Virus record (IMG/VR): IMGVR_UViG_3300042343_001623
Origin: an uncultured virus (IMG/VR IMGVR_UViG_3300042343_001623)
Taxonomy: Duplodnaviria; Heunggongvirae; Uroviricota; Caudoviricetes
DNA: 56,762 nucleotides
Reading direction: 5' to 3' (one strand)
Positions 27,914 to 36,351 of the stretch are shown here, in pieces (the stretch's first letter is position 1; every line of letters starts with the position of its first letter). A program made the position numbers and the translations under genes. The notes beneath the pieces are model-generated. The model saw only the letters and a list, made by a program, of their open reading frames with translations, did not search any database and was not told the origin of the DNA.

Positions 27914-29299
27914 ATGGCAAATCAGAAAAATTTCGGTTATTTAGGTAATACCTTTCAGCTCCAACTTCTCAATCAAATCATCTTTGATAAGAAGTTTTCG
28001 GGGTCTATTATGGAGGTTATTGAACCCACGTACTTTGACAACAAGTATTACTCAATCATTGTCCAAATGGTAAAGGAATACCACGCAAAGTACGAATCTA
28101 TTCCGAACATTGCCACACTTGAACAACTAACTATCTCTGAAATTTCTCAAGAACAAGCCCGCAAGGTAATCATTGACACACTTGAAAATGTCAAGAACGC
28201 ACCACAGGAGGGGCACGAGTTTGTACAAGACAAAGCATTGAAGTTTTGTAAACAACAAGTTATGAAGAAGGTGCTTGAAAGAGCACAGAAAATCATCGAT
28301 AAAGGTGATTTCGAGAATTATGATGCGTTGGAAGAAATGGTGAGAGAGGGGTTACAGGTTGGTAATATGGAACAAGACACAGCAGATGTGTTCAGTGATT
28401 TAGATGATGTTTTGGCGGAAGACTATAGACACCCAATCCCGATGGGGATTAATGGGTTAGACAATCTTCTGAGTGGTGGATTGGCGAAGGGTGAAATTGG
28501 TGTTATTCTCGCTCCGACGGGGGTGGGTAAGACAACTATACTCACAAAAATAGCAAACAACGCTTTCAATATGGGTTTCAATGTCCTTCAAATCTTCTTT
28601 GAAGACAACCAAAAGATTATCCAAAGAAAGCACTTCACCTTGTGGACAGGACTTGCAAACTCTGAACTTCCTGCACACAAAGACGATGTGATGGAAAAAG
28701 TTAGAGAAATCCGAGAATCACAACCCAACAAGTTGATGCTTAGAAAACTACCATCGGATACTCTAACCATGAGTCATATCAAGAACTACATTCGTAAAAT
28801 CAAATCTGAAGGCGTGACTATTGACCTTTTGGTTGTGGATTATATTGATTGTATTCTTCCTGACAAAAGTATGGCAGGAGCAGATGATTGGAAGAGTGAA
28901 GGATCGGTAATGAGAAAGTTTGAAGCGATGTGTACGGAGTTGGATATTGCGGGTTGGACGGCAACTCAAGGTAATAGATCGTCAATCTCTTCTGATGTTG
29001 TAACCACAGATCAGATGGGTGGATCAATTAAGAAGGCTCAAGTCGGACACGTGATTATTTCAATTGCGAAATCACTTCAACAAAAGGAGATGAACCTCGC
29101 AACGATCGCCATCACCAAATCTCGTATTGGTAGGGATGGTATTGTATTTGAGAATTGTAAATTCAATAACGAGTTATTGGATATTGACACTGAGCAGAGT
29201 GTTACTTTCTTGGGATTAGAAGAAAAGAAAGAAGAATCGGCAAAACAGCGTCAGAAAGAATTGATGGATAGAAGAAGACAACGAGAACAAACACTTTAA
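27914..29299 (+). CDS. dnaB: Replicative DnaB/gp41-like helicase
   Basis: [41 protein letters not shown]. Confidence 0.92.
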   Translation: MANQKNFGYLGNTFQLQLLNQIIFDKKFSGSIMEVIEPTYFDNKYYSIIVQMVKEYHAKYESIPNIATLEQLTISEISQEQARKVIIDTLENVKNAPQEGHEFVQDKALKFCKQQVMKKVLERAQKIIDKGDFENYDALEEMVREGLQVGNMEQDTADVFSDLDDVLAEDYRHPIPMGINGLDNLLSGGLAKGEIGVILAPTGVGKTTILTKIANNAFNMGFNVLQIFFEDNQKIIQRKHFTLWTGLANSELPAHKDDVMEKVREIRESQPNKLMLRKLPSDTLTMSHIKNYIRKIKSEGVTIDLLVVDYIDCILPDKSMAGADDWKSEGSVMRKFEAMCTELDIAGWTATQGNRSSISSDVVTTDQMGGSIKKAQVGHVIISIAKSLQQKEMNLATIAITKSRIGRDGIVFENCKFNNELLDIDTEQSVTFLGLEEKKEESAKQRQKELMDRRRQREQTL

Positions 29300-29312
29300 T
29301 TTATACAAAAAA

Positions 29313-30272
29313 ATGGAAAAAATCTTAACAGAAAATAAGAACAGATTTGTGCTGTTTCCAATTGAACACCACGATATTTGGGATTACTATAAAAAAGCAG
29401 AATCCGTATTCTGGACTGCTGAAGAAATTGACCTCTCTTCCGATCTTATTGATTGGGAAAGACTCAATGACGGAGAAAAACATTTCGTTAAAAATGTTTT
29501 GGCATTCTTTGCGGCTTCGGATGGAATTGTAAACGAGAATCTCGCAGAGAACTTTGTAAGTGAAGTTCAATATACGGAAGCAAAATTCTTCTACGGATTT
29601 CAGATTATGATGGAAAACATCCATTCTGAGACCTATTCATTGTTGATAGACACTTATATCAAAGACAAAGAAGAACAAAACTATTTGTTCAATGCAATTG
29701 ACACCATTCCTGCGGTTCAAAAGAAAGCACAATGGGCTCTAAAGTGGATCGGGTCCGAGTCATTTATTGAACGATTGATTGCCTTTGCGGCGGTTGAAGG
29801 GATCTTCTTCTCAGGATCATTCTGTTCAATTTTCTGGCTCAAGAAAAGAGGTTTGATGCCGGGTCTTTCATTCAGTAACGAACTTATCTCACGAGATGAA
29901 GGGTTACATTGTGACTTTGCGGTTCACCTTTACAACAACCACATTGAAAACAAATTGACAAAAGACCGGATTATGGAAATCATCGGTTCGGCACTTGAAA
30001 TTGAAAAAGAGTTCATCACCGAATCACTTCCTGTTGATTTGATCGGAATGAACAAAGACTTGATGAAACAATATCTTGAATATGTTGCGGATCGTTTGCT
30101 AGTTGATCTTGGGGTTGGAAAAGTTTATAATTCTGAAAATCCTTTTGATTTCATGCAAAATATCGCAATGGAAAATAAAACCAACTTCTTTGAGAAAAGA
30201 GTTTCCGACTATTCCAAAGCTGCGGTGGGTGTGAACGAAGGAAAATCATTCTCAACAGACGAAGACTTCTAA
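29313..30272 (+). CDS. nrdB: Ribonucleotide reductase class Ia beta subunit
   Basis: [67 protein letters not shown]-terminal FSTDEDF. Confidence 0.98.
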   Translation: MEKILTENKNRFVLFPIEHHDIWDYYKKAESVFWTAEEIDLSSDLIDWERLNDGEKHFVKNVLAFFAASDGIVNENLAENFVSEVQYTEAKFFYGFQIMMENIHSETYSLLIDTYIKDKEEQNYLFNAIDTIPAVQKKAQWALKWIGSESFIERLIAFAAVEGIFFSGSFCSIFWLKKRGLMPGLSFSNELISRDEGLHCDFAVHLYNNHIENKLTKDRIMEIIGSALEIEKEFITESLPVDLIGMNKDLMKQYLEYVADRLLVDLGVGKVYNSENPFDFMQNIAMENKTNFFEKRVSDYSKAAVGVNEGKSFSTDEDF

Positions 30273-30284
30273 ATTATTAAAACA

Positions 30285-32750
30285 ATGTATGTAACAAAAA
30301 GAAACGGAGAAAGGGAACCTGTAAAATTTGATAAGGTAGTTCTCAGAATTAAAAAGCAAACCTATGATCTGAATACAGATTATGTTGATCCGATTAGTGT
30401 ATCGAAGAAGGTAATTGCGGGAATTTATGATGGAGTAACAACGGATCAATTGGATAAGTTGGCAGCTGAAACGGCGGCATCAATGATTCCGATTCACCCT
30501 GACTATTCATTCTTGGCTTCAAGAATTGCTATTACTTCACTATACAAACACGTACCTAAAGAGTTCACTACGGTTGCTAAAAATCTATACGACTATATCA
30601 ATCCCAAGACAGGTGAAAGGGCAGGTATGATTTCCGATGAAACCTATAAGGTTATCAAAAAACACGGTAAGGATCTGAACGCTATGATTGTTCACGATCG
30701 TGACTTTGAGTTTGATTTCTTTGGTTTCAAGACCTTGGAAAAATCATATCTTTTGAAGGTGGATGGTAATGTTGCAGAAACACCACAACACCTTTATATG
30801 AGGGTTGCTGTTGGCATTTGGGGTGATAACTTGGAGATGGTACAAAAGACATACGATATGTTGTCACAGGGTCTCTTTACCCACGCCACCCCCACCCTTT
30901 TCAATGCTGGTACAACCCGTCCACAACTTTCTTCTTGTTTCCTTTTGGATATTGACGATGATTCAATACCTGGTATTTACAAGACCCTCTCTGATTGTGC
31001 ACTTATTTCACAATCTGCAGGTGGTATTGGTATTAACATCCATAAAATCCGTTCAAAGGGTTCATATATTAAGGGAACCAACGGAACATCTAACGGAATC
31101 ATCCCGATGCTCCGTGTCTTTAACGAAACTGCAAGATATGTTGATCAGGGGGGTGGAAAAAGAAAAGGTTCAATTGCCATCTATTTGGAGCCGTGGCACG
31201 CTGACATCTTTGAATTCCTTGATTTGAGAAAAAATCACGGTAAAGAAGAACTCAGGGCTCGTGATTTGTTCCTTGCTCTTTGGACACCCGACCTTTTTAT
31301 GAAGAGGGTTAACGAAGATGGTGATTGGACATTGTTTTCACCTAATGAAGTTCCAGGTCTTATTGACGCATATGATGATGATGAGAACGATCTTAAGTTC
31401 ACCCGTCTTTATGAACAATATGAAAGTGAGGGTAAAGGACTCAAAACTGTAAAAGCAAGACTTCTTTGGGAAAAAATCCTTGATTCGCAGATTGAAACAG
31501 GAACTCCATATATGCTTTATAAGGATGCTGCGAACAAAAAGACGAATCAGAAAAATCTTGGAACGATTAAGTCTTCCAACCTGTGTACCGAAATTCTTGA
31601 ATATACGGACAAGAACGAAACTGCGGTTTGTAACTTGGCATCTATCGCTCTTCCCAAGATGGTGGAAATTCCTACTGGTAAAGTTAGGAGTCGTAATAAA
31701 AGATTCAGAACCTTTGACTTTGATAAGTTGTTTGATGTTACTTACCAAGCGACCATCAACCTCAATCAGGTGATTGATATCAACTATTACCCAACACCTG
31801 AAACCAAAACATCCAATATGAAACATCGTCCTATTGGATTGGGTGTTCAAGGATTGGCTGACACATTCGCTATGTTGGGTTATGCGTTTGAATCGGATGA
31901 GGCGAAGACCCTCAACAAGGAAATCTTTGAAACGATGTATTATGCGGCGTTGTCGGCGTCTAATGACTTGGCAATTCAACACGGATCATATGAATCATTC
32001 AAAGGATCACCGGCTTCCAAAGGTATTTTACAATTTGATATGTGGAATATCAATGAAGGTGATGATCTATCAGGAAGATGGGATTGGGATAAGTTGAAGA
32101 CATCTATTATCGAAAAAGGATTGAGAAACTCATTGTTGTTGGCACCGATGCCAACCGCATCTACAGCACAGATTCTTGGAAACAACGAATGTTTTGAACC
32201 CTTCACCTCCAACCTCTATAAGAGAAATACCCTTTCAGGTGAATATGTTGTAATCAACAAATATCTTGTAGAGGACTTGGTTGATCTCGGTCTATGGAAC
32301 AATGAAATCCGAGTTAAACTTTTTGCTGAGGAAGGATCAATTCAAAATATCAACGAAATTCCTGACCACATCAAAGAAACTTACAAGACAGTTTGGGAGA
32401 TGAAAGGTAAAAATCTTCTTGATATGGCAAGAGACAGAGCGATCTTCATTGATCAATCACAATCTCTCAATATGTTTATGAAAGATGTTACTCACTCAAA
32501 ACTTTCTTCAGCACATTTCTACGGTTGGGGACTTGGACTAAAGACGGGTATGTATTATTTGAGAACCAAAGCTAAAGCTTCGGCACTTAAAGGACTCGGA
32601 GTTGATATGAATGAAATAAAAATCAATGAAGATTATTTGATACAATCGGTTCCTGTAACACAGGTAAATATTCCTGATGAAATCACAACCGAGATGATGT
32701 CAAAAGTATGTTCAATAGATGATCCCGACTGTTTGACTTGTTCAGCATAA
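30285..32750 (+). CDS. nrdA: Ribonucleotide reductase class Ia alpha subunit with N-terminal ATP cone
   Basis: V.KRNG..E...[52 protein letters not shown]-terminal CLTCSA. Confidence 0.98.
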   Translation: MYVTKRNGEREPVKFDKVVLRIKKQTYDLNTDYVDPISVSKKVIAGIYDGVTTDQLDKLAAETAASMIPIHPDYSFLASRIAITSLYKHVPKEFTTVAKNLYDYINPKTGERAGMISDETYKVIKKHGKDLNAMIVHDRDFEFDFFGFKTLEKSYLLKVDGNVAETPQHLYMRVAVGIWGDNLEMVQKTYDMLSQGLFTHATPTLFNAGTTRPQLSSCFLLDIDDDSIPGIYKTLSDCALISQSAGGIGINIHKIRSKGSYIKGTNGTSNGIIPMLRVFNETARYVDQGGGKRKGSIAIYLEPWHADIFEFLDLRKNHGKEELRARDLFLALWTPDLFMKRVNEDGDWTLFSPNEVPGLIDAYDDDENDLKFTRLYEQYESEGKGLKTVKARLLWEKILDSQIETGTPYMLYKDAANKKTNQKNLGTIKSSNLCTEILEYTDKNETAVCNLASIALPKMVEIPTGKVRSRNKRFRTFDFDKLFDVTYQATINLNQVIDINYYPTPETKTSNMKHRPIGLGVQGLADTFAMLGYAFESDEAKTLNKEIFETMYYAALSASNDLAIQHGSYESFKGSPASKGILQFDMWNINEGDDLSGRWDWDKLKTSIIEKGLRNSLLLAPMPTASTAQILGNNECFEPFTSNLYKRNTLSGEYVVINKYLVEDLVDLGLWNNEIRVKLFAEEGSIQNINEIPDHIKETYKTVWEMKGKNLLDMARDRAIFIDQSQSLNMFMKDVTHSKLSSAHFYGWGLGLKTGMYYLRTKAKASALKGLGVDMNEIKINEDYLIQSVPVTQVNIPDEITTEMMSKVCSIDDPDCLTCSA

Positions 32751-32755
32751 CAAAT

Positions 32756-32788
32756 AAAACTCCAACCAAGTGTTGGAGTTTTTTATTT
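32756..32788 (+). terminator. Rho-independent terminator after nrdA
   Basis: AAAACTCCAAC-caagt-GTTGGAGTTTT followed by TTATTT. Confidence 0.8.
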
Positions 32789-32843
32789 CTAATAATATTT
32801 ATTTTTCATGAGACAATTAATTAAAAGAATATTAAAGGAAGAA
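32778..32843 (+). repeat. Cassette 5' repeat, copy 1 (T-tract + TATTTAT + leader codons); copy 2 at 33251-33315
   Basis: GTTTTTTATTTCTAATAATATTTATT is identical at 32778 and 33251, each followed by ATGAGA(C/G)AATTAATTAAAAGAATATTA(AA/CG)GGAAGAA. Confidence 0.9.
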
Positions 32844-33230
32844 TTTAATGTTCCACAACCAGGTGAATCATCAGGTGAACCAATATCACAAGAACAAAAA
32901 GATAATATGGATTGTAGAGTAGATTATCTTACCATAGATGAAATTTTGGATGGAAGAATAAAAGATATACCATATTATAAAGAAGTTGTGGAAGATATAA
33001 TGAATAAAGATTATTCATGGGGTGTAACAAAAAAGGTAATAGAGTATGCTAACTATATGAAGAATAATCCTCAATCTTTGGAAATCTTACCACCTATTGT
33101 AGTTATAGATGATAAGATACAAGATGGGGCACATAGAATATCGTCTATATTTCTGTTGTATCAATATATGGATAGGAATAATTCTTTTTGGACTAATGTT
33201 AAATTAAAAGTAGAGTTTTGTTATACGTAA
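32808..33230 (+). CDS. MRQLIKRILKEE-leader protein with a ParB/sulfiredoxin-like domain
   Basis: LPPIVV.D..IQDGAHRI matches the ParB-N 'PI.V.....I.DG.HR' signature. Confidence 0.65.
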   Translation: MRQLIKRILKEEFNVPQPGESSGEPISQEQKDNMDCRVDYLTIDEILDGRIKDIPYYKEVVEDIMNKDYSWGVTKKVIEYANYMKNNPQSLEILPPIVVIDDKIQDGAHRISSIFLLYQYMDRNNSFWTNVKLKVEFCYT

Positions 33231-33261
33231 ATTACCACATAGTGGTAGGGGTTTTTTATTT
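33199..33261 (+). repeat. Cassette 3' repeat, copy 1 (63 nt); copy 2 at 33872-33934
   Basis: TTAAATTAAAAGTAGAGTTTTGTTATACGTAAATTACC(A/G)CATAGTGGT(AG/TT)GGGTTTTTTATTT, 60/63 identical; copy 1 contains a TACCAC-ata-GTGGTA hairpin before the T tract. Confidence 0.92.
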
Positions 33262-33279
33262 CTAATAATATTTATTACT

Positions 33280-33864
33280 ATGAGAGAATTAATTAAAAGA
33301 ATATTACGGGAAGAAGCTAACTGGAAGTGGGATAGTTTTGACGATGCAATTCCGTTACCTGATGGGGAGTTAAAAAAATATATTTTACATTCCACCACTA
33401 TAGATCCATTATTAATTTACAATAATGGTATTGAACCTCATTGTGCTTCAAAATCTTCACAATGGACTAACTATAGATACCCATGTAGTGTTTTCGCCAT
33501 GAATGGGTATCATGAAATATGGTCACAACGAGATACTGAAGGGGTTGTGGTTATTGATACAACATTATTAAAAAACAAATGGTGGTATGACCCAGCATTA
33601 TATAATGAAAAACAACACGATTATACCAAAATAGCAATTGTTACTGATGAAAAAATACCTGCCGATGCAATAATAGGTGTGTTGTGTATAAGAGACCTAT
33701 TTAACATGAAAAATGAATTTCATAGAACAAAATCTGATGAGTCCACACAAAAATACCTTGATGCCGTTATGAAAGAAAACTCCGAAAAATGGTCTTACGA
33801 TTGTGATGCTAAGCGTGAGTATGAGCTTGAGTATGAAAGGAAAAAGAGGAATCAGGAGTTTTAG
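33280..33864 (+). CDS. MRELIKRILREE-leader protein with a putative ADP-ribosyltransferase/Tpt1-like fold
   Basis: YILHST......IYNNGIEP ... SVFAM ... VVVID ... IVTDEKIPADAI resembles the H-x-T...I...G-L/I-x-P ... IP..AI pattern of ART/KptA-like proteins. Confidence 0.5.
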   Translation: MRELIKRILREEANWKWDSFDDAIPLPDGELKKYILHSTTIDPLLIYNNGIEPHCASKSSQWTNYRYPCSVFAMNGYHEIWSQRDTEGVVVIDTTLLKNKWWYDPALYNEKQHDYTKIAIVTDEKIPADAIIGVLCIRDLFNMKNEFHRTKSDESTQKYLDAVMKENSEKWSYDCDAKREYELEYERKKRNQEF

Positions 33865-33965
33865 AAAAGGATTAAATTAAAAGTAGAGTTTTGTTATACG
33901 TAAATTACCGCATAGTGGTTTGGGTTTTTTATTTATAAAAATTTACTATACTATATTTATCTGTA

Positions 33966-34442
33966 ATGGCAAACGGAAAAACTTATGGTATAGCATTTCC
34001 TTTTAGGGATTCACTCAAAGGTGACTATTTGGCACTGACTGAAACTCCCGAACAGGAAATTAGATCCAACCTCATCCATCTTCTTCTCACAAGGAAGGGA
34101 TCAAGATATTTTCTTCCAGATTTTGGTACTCGTTTATATGATTTTATTTTCGAACCTTTGGACGGACCGACATTTGGAGCTATTAGAGCCGAAATTCAAC
34201 AAGCGGTAGACACCTACATTCCGAATTTAAAAATCGACAGTATTGAAATTATCCCTCTTTGGCAAGACACTGAAACTTTTGCTAATGGGGAATATGTAAG
34301 TGACCAACCTGAATATAAAATATTTGATATTTATAGAACAGCTGGACAAGGTGTTCAAGAATATACTGCGAAAGTAAAAATTTCTTTCACCATAACCTCA
34401 GATGCATTTGAAACAAAAGATTTTGTAATACTTAATATCTAA
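33966..34442 (+). CDS. Baseplate wedge protein (gp25-like)
   Basis: GIAFPF, IRSNL.HLLLTRKGSRYFLPDFGTRLYDFIFEP. Confidence 0.92.
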   Translation: MANGKTYGIAFPFRDSLKGDYLALTETPEQEIRSNLIHLLLTRKGSRYFLPDFGTRLYDFIFEPLDGPTFGAIRAEIQQAVDTYIPNLKIDSIEIIPLWQDTETFANGEYVSDQPEYKIFDIYRTAGQGVQEYTAKVKISFTITSDAFETKDFVILNI

Positions 34443-34443
34443 A

Positions 34444-36282
34444 ATGGCAAATAGTAGAATACCATATACAAGTAGGGATTTTGAGGCGGTGAGATCCGAC
34501 CTCATTAATTATGTTAGACAATATTATCCTGATGTCATTGATAATTTCAATGATGCATCCATTTTCTCAGTATTATTGGATCTAAATGCTGGTGTTGCAG
34601 ACAATTTGAATTACCAAATTGACCGTAGTATACAGGAAACCGTGTTACAATTTGCTCAACAAAAATCTTCTGTTTTTAATATCGCAAGAACATATGGTTT
34701 GAAGATTCCTGGTAATAGACCTTCAGTGGCGGTTGCGGATATATCAATTACTGTACCGGCTTTTGGTGATAAAGAGGATGAAAGATATTTGGGGGTTCTC
34801 AGAAGGGGAAGTCAGGTTATTGGTGGTGGTCAAACTTTCGAATTAATTTATGATTGTGATTTCTCTTCGCAATATAATTCCCAAGGGTTTACCAACCGAA
34901 CCAAAACACCAAATTTTGATGCAAATAATGTTCTTATAAATTATACAATTACTAAAAGGGAACCAGTCATAAATGGTATTACAAAAGTATTCAAGAGAGT
35001 CGTAACACCTGCTGATTCAAAACCATTTTTGAATATATTTTTACCTGAAAGAAATGTGTTGGGGGTGACCTCTGTAATTCAAAAAGATGGTACAAACTAC
35101 GCAAATGTTCCATCAAACGCCGAATTTATATCATCTACTGACAAATGGTATGAGGTATACGCATTAGCTGAAGATCGTGTATTTGTGGAAGATTCCACAA
35201 AACCTAGTGACAAACCGGGGGTCAAAGTTGGAAAATATATTCAAACAAACAACAGATTTATCACAGAATTTACACCCGAAGGGTTCTTGAAAATGACTTT
35301 TGGTGGTGGAACCACTTCTTCTCAAGAATTATTAAGTAGTTTTTCTAACACAGGTGTTTTACCAAATATTCAAACTTTGAGTAATAATTTTTCTCTTGGT
35401 GCGACACTTAAGCCAAATACAACTTTGTTTATACAATACCGTGTCGGCGGTGGTAAAGGAACTAATTTGGGTACAAATATAATTACTCAGATTGGTAATG
35501 TTGATTTTGCTATTAATGGACCATCAAGTGTGATTAATAATCAAGTCAGGGGATCCTTGAGAGTAACCAACCCTGTTGCTGCCGTTGGCGGGGCTGACAA
35601 ACCAACCATAGAAGAGGCAAGGAACTTTGTCGCTTACAACTTCGCGGCACAAAAGAGAGCGGTTACAATCAACGATTATCAATCTTTGATTCAAACCATG
35701 CCAGGACAATTTGGTGGTCCTGCAAAAGTTAATATCACAGAAGAAGACAACAAAATTAAAATTCAAATGTTGTCATATGATGCCGACGGAAAACTTACTC
35801 CGATAGTTTCGAATACCATCAAACAAAATGTCGCGAATTATCTTTCAAACTATAGAATGATAAATGACTACATTTACATTGAAAGCGGACAAGTCATCGA
35901 TTTGAAATTCCAAGTTCAAGTTGTATTGGATGCGGTTCAAAATCAAGGGGAAGTAATAACAAATATTGTCAATACAATTTCGACATATATGGATCCGGTC
36001 AACCGAGTGATGGGTCAAGATGTTTATATTGCTGAACTCACCAGTTTGATTCAAAATGTCGCAGGTGTCATCACTGTCACCTCAATAAATGTGTTTAATA
36101 TGTTGGGTGGTCAATATTCATCAGATCCTATCAGTCAACCATATTCCGACGAGACCACAAAACAAATTCAATTGATAGACCAAACCATCTTTGCTCAACC
36201 AAACCAAATGTGTCAAGTAAGATTTCCGAGTAAAGATATTTTGGTTTCAACAAAAAATTTCTCGGGAGTCAACATCTCCTAA
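34444..36282 (+). CDS. Baseplate wedge protein (gp6/baseplate J-like)
   Basis: YTSRDFE.VR..L, A...SSV..IAR..G, FG.G, Y.VGGG..TN, N...A.GG.D, Q.RAVT..DY. Confidence 0.9.
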   Translation: MANSRIPYTSRDFEAVRSDLINYVRQYYPDVIDNFNDASIFSVLLDLNAGVADNLNYQIDRSIQETVLQFAQQKSSVFNIARTYGLKIPGNRPSVAVADISITVPAFGDKEDERYLGVLRRGSQVIGGGQTFELIYDCDFSSQYNSQGFTNRTKTPNFDANNVLINYTITKREPVINGITKVFKRVVTPADSKPFLNIFLPERNVLGVTSVIQKDGTNYANVPSNAEFISSTDKWYEVYALAEDRVFVEDSTKPSDKPGVKVGKYIQTNNRFITEFTPEGFLKMTFGGGTTSSQELLSSFSNTGVLPNIQTLSNNFSLGATLKPNTTLFIQYRVGGGKGTNLGTNIITQIGNVDFAINGPSSVINNQVRGSLRVTNPVAAVGGADKPTIEEARNFVAYNFAAQKRAVTINDYQSLIQTMPGQFGGPAKVNITEEDNKIKIQMLSYDADGKLTPIVSNTIKQNVANYLSNYRMINDYIYIESGQVIDLKFQVQVVLDAVQNQGEVITNIVNTISTYMDPVNRVMGQDVYIAELTSLIQNVAGVITVTSINVFNMLGGQYSSDPISQPYSDETTKQIQLIDQTIFAQPNQMCQVRFPSKDILVSTKNFSGVNIS

Positions 36283-36351
36283 TGATTTTTCTTGGTATAT
36301 GACTATTTTATAAAATACGAAATTCCGTATTTATAAAAAAATGCCCGACTT

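Noticed and set aside
24802..32212. Longer antisense or alternate-frame ORFs within SSB, uvsX and nrdA (e.g. 24802..25338, 31338..31982, 30805..31227)
   Set aside because: They lie wholly inside well-supported genes and have no recognisable motifs or expression signals
27914..32750. Inteins or group I introns in the helicase, nrdB or nrdA
   Set aside because: Lengths are normal and the motifs are contiguous; only a short basic insertion ([15 protein letters not shown]) is seen in NrdA
29313..32750. Eukaryotic or giant-virus (NCLDV) origin suggested by the RNR type and SNF2
   Set aside because: Sheath, tube, baseplate, gp32-like and UvsX genes, overlapping operonic genes and intrinsic terminators indicate a tailed bacteriophage
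6367..36282. Bacterial contractile injection system (eCIS/tailocin)
   Set aside because: Interleaved with phage replication genes and neck-like genes, with no cellular housekeeping context
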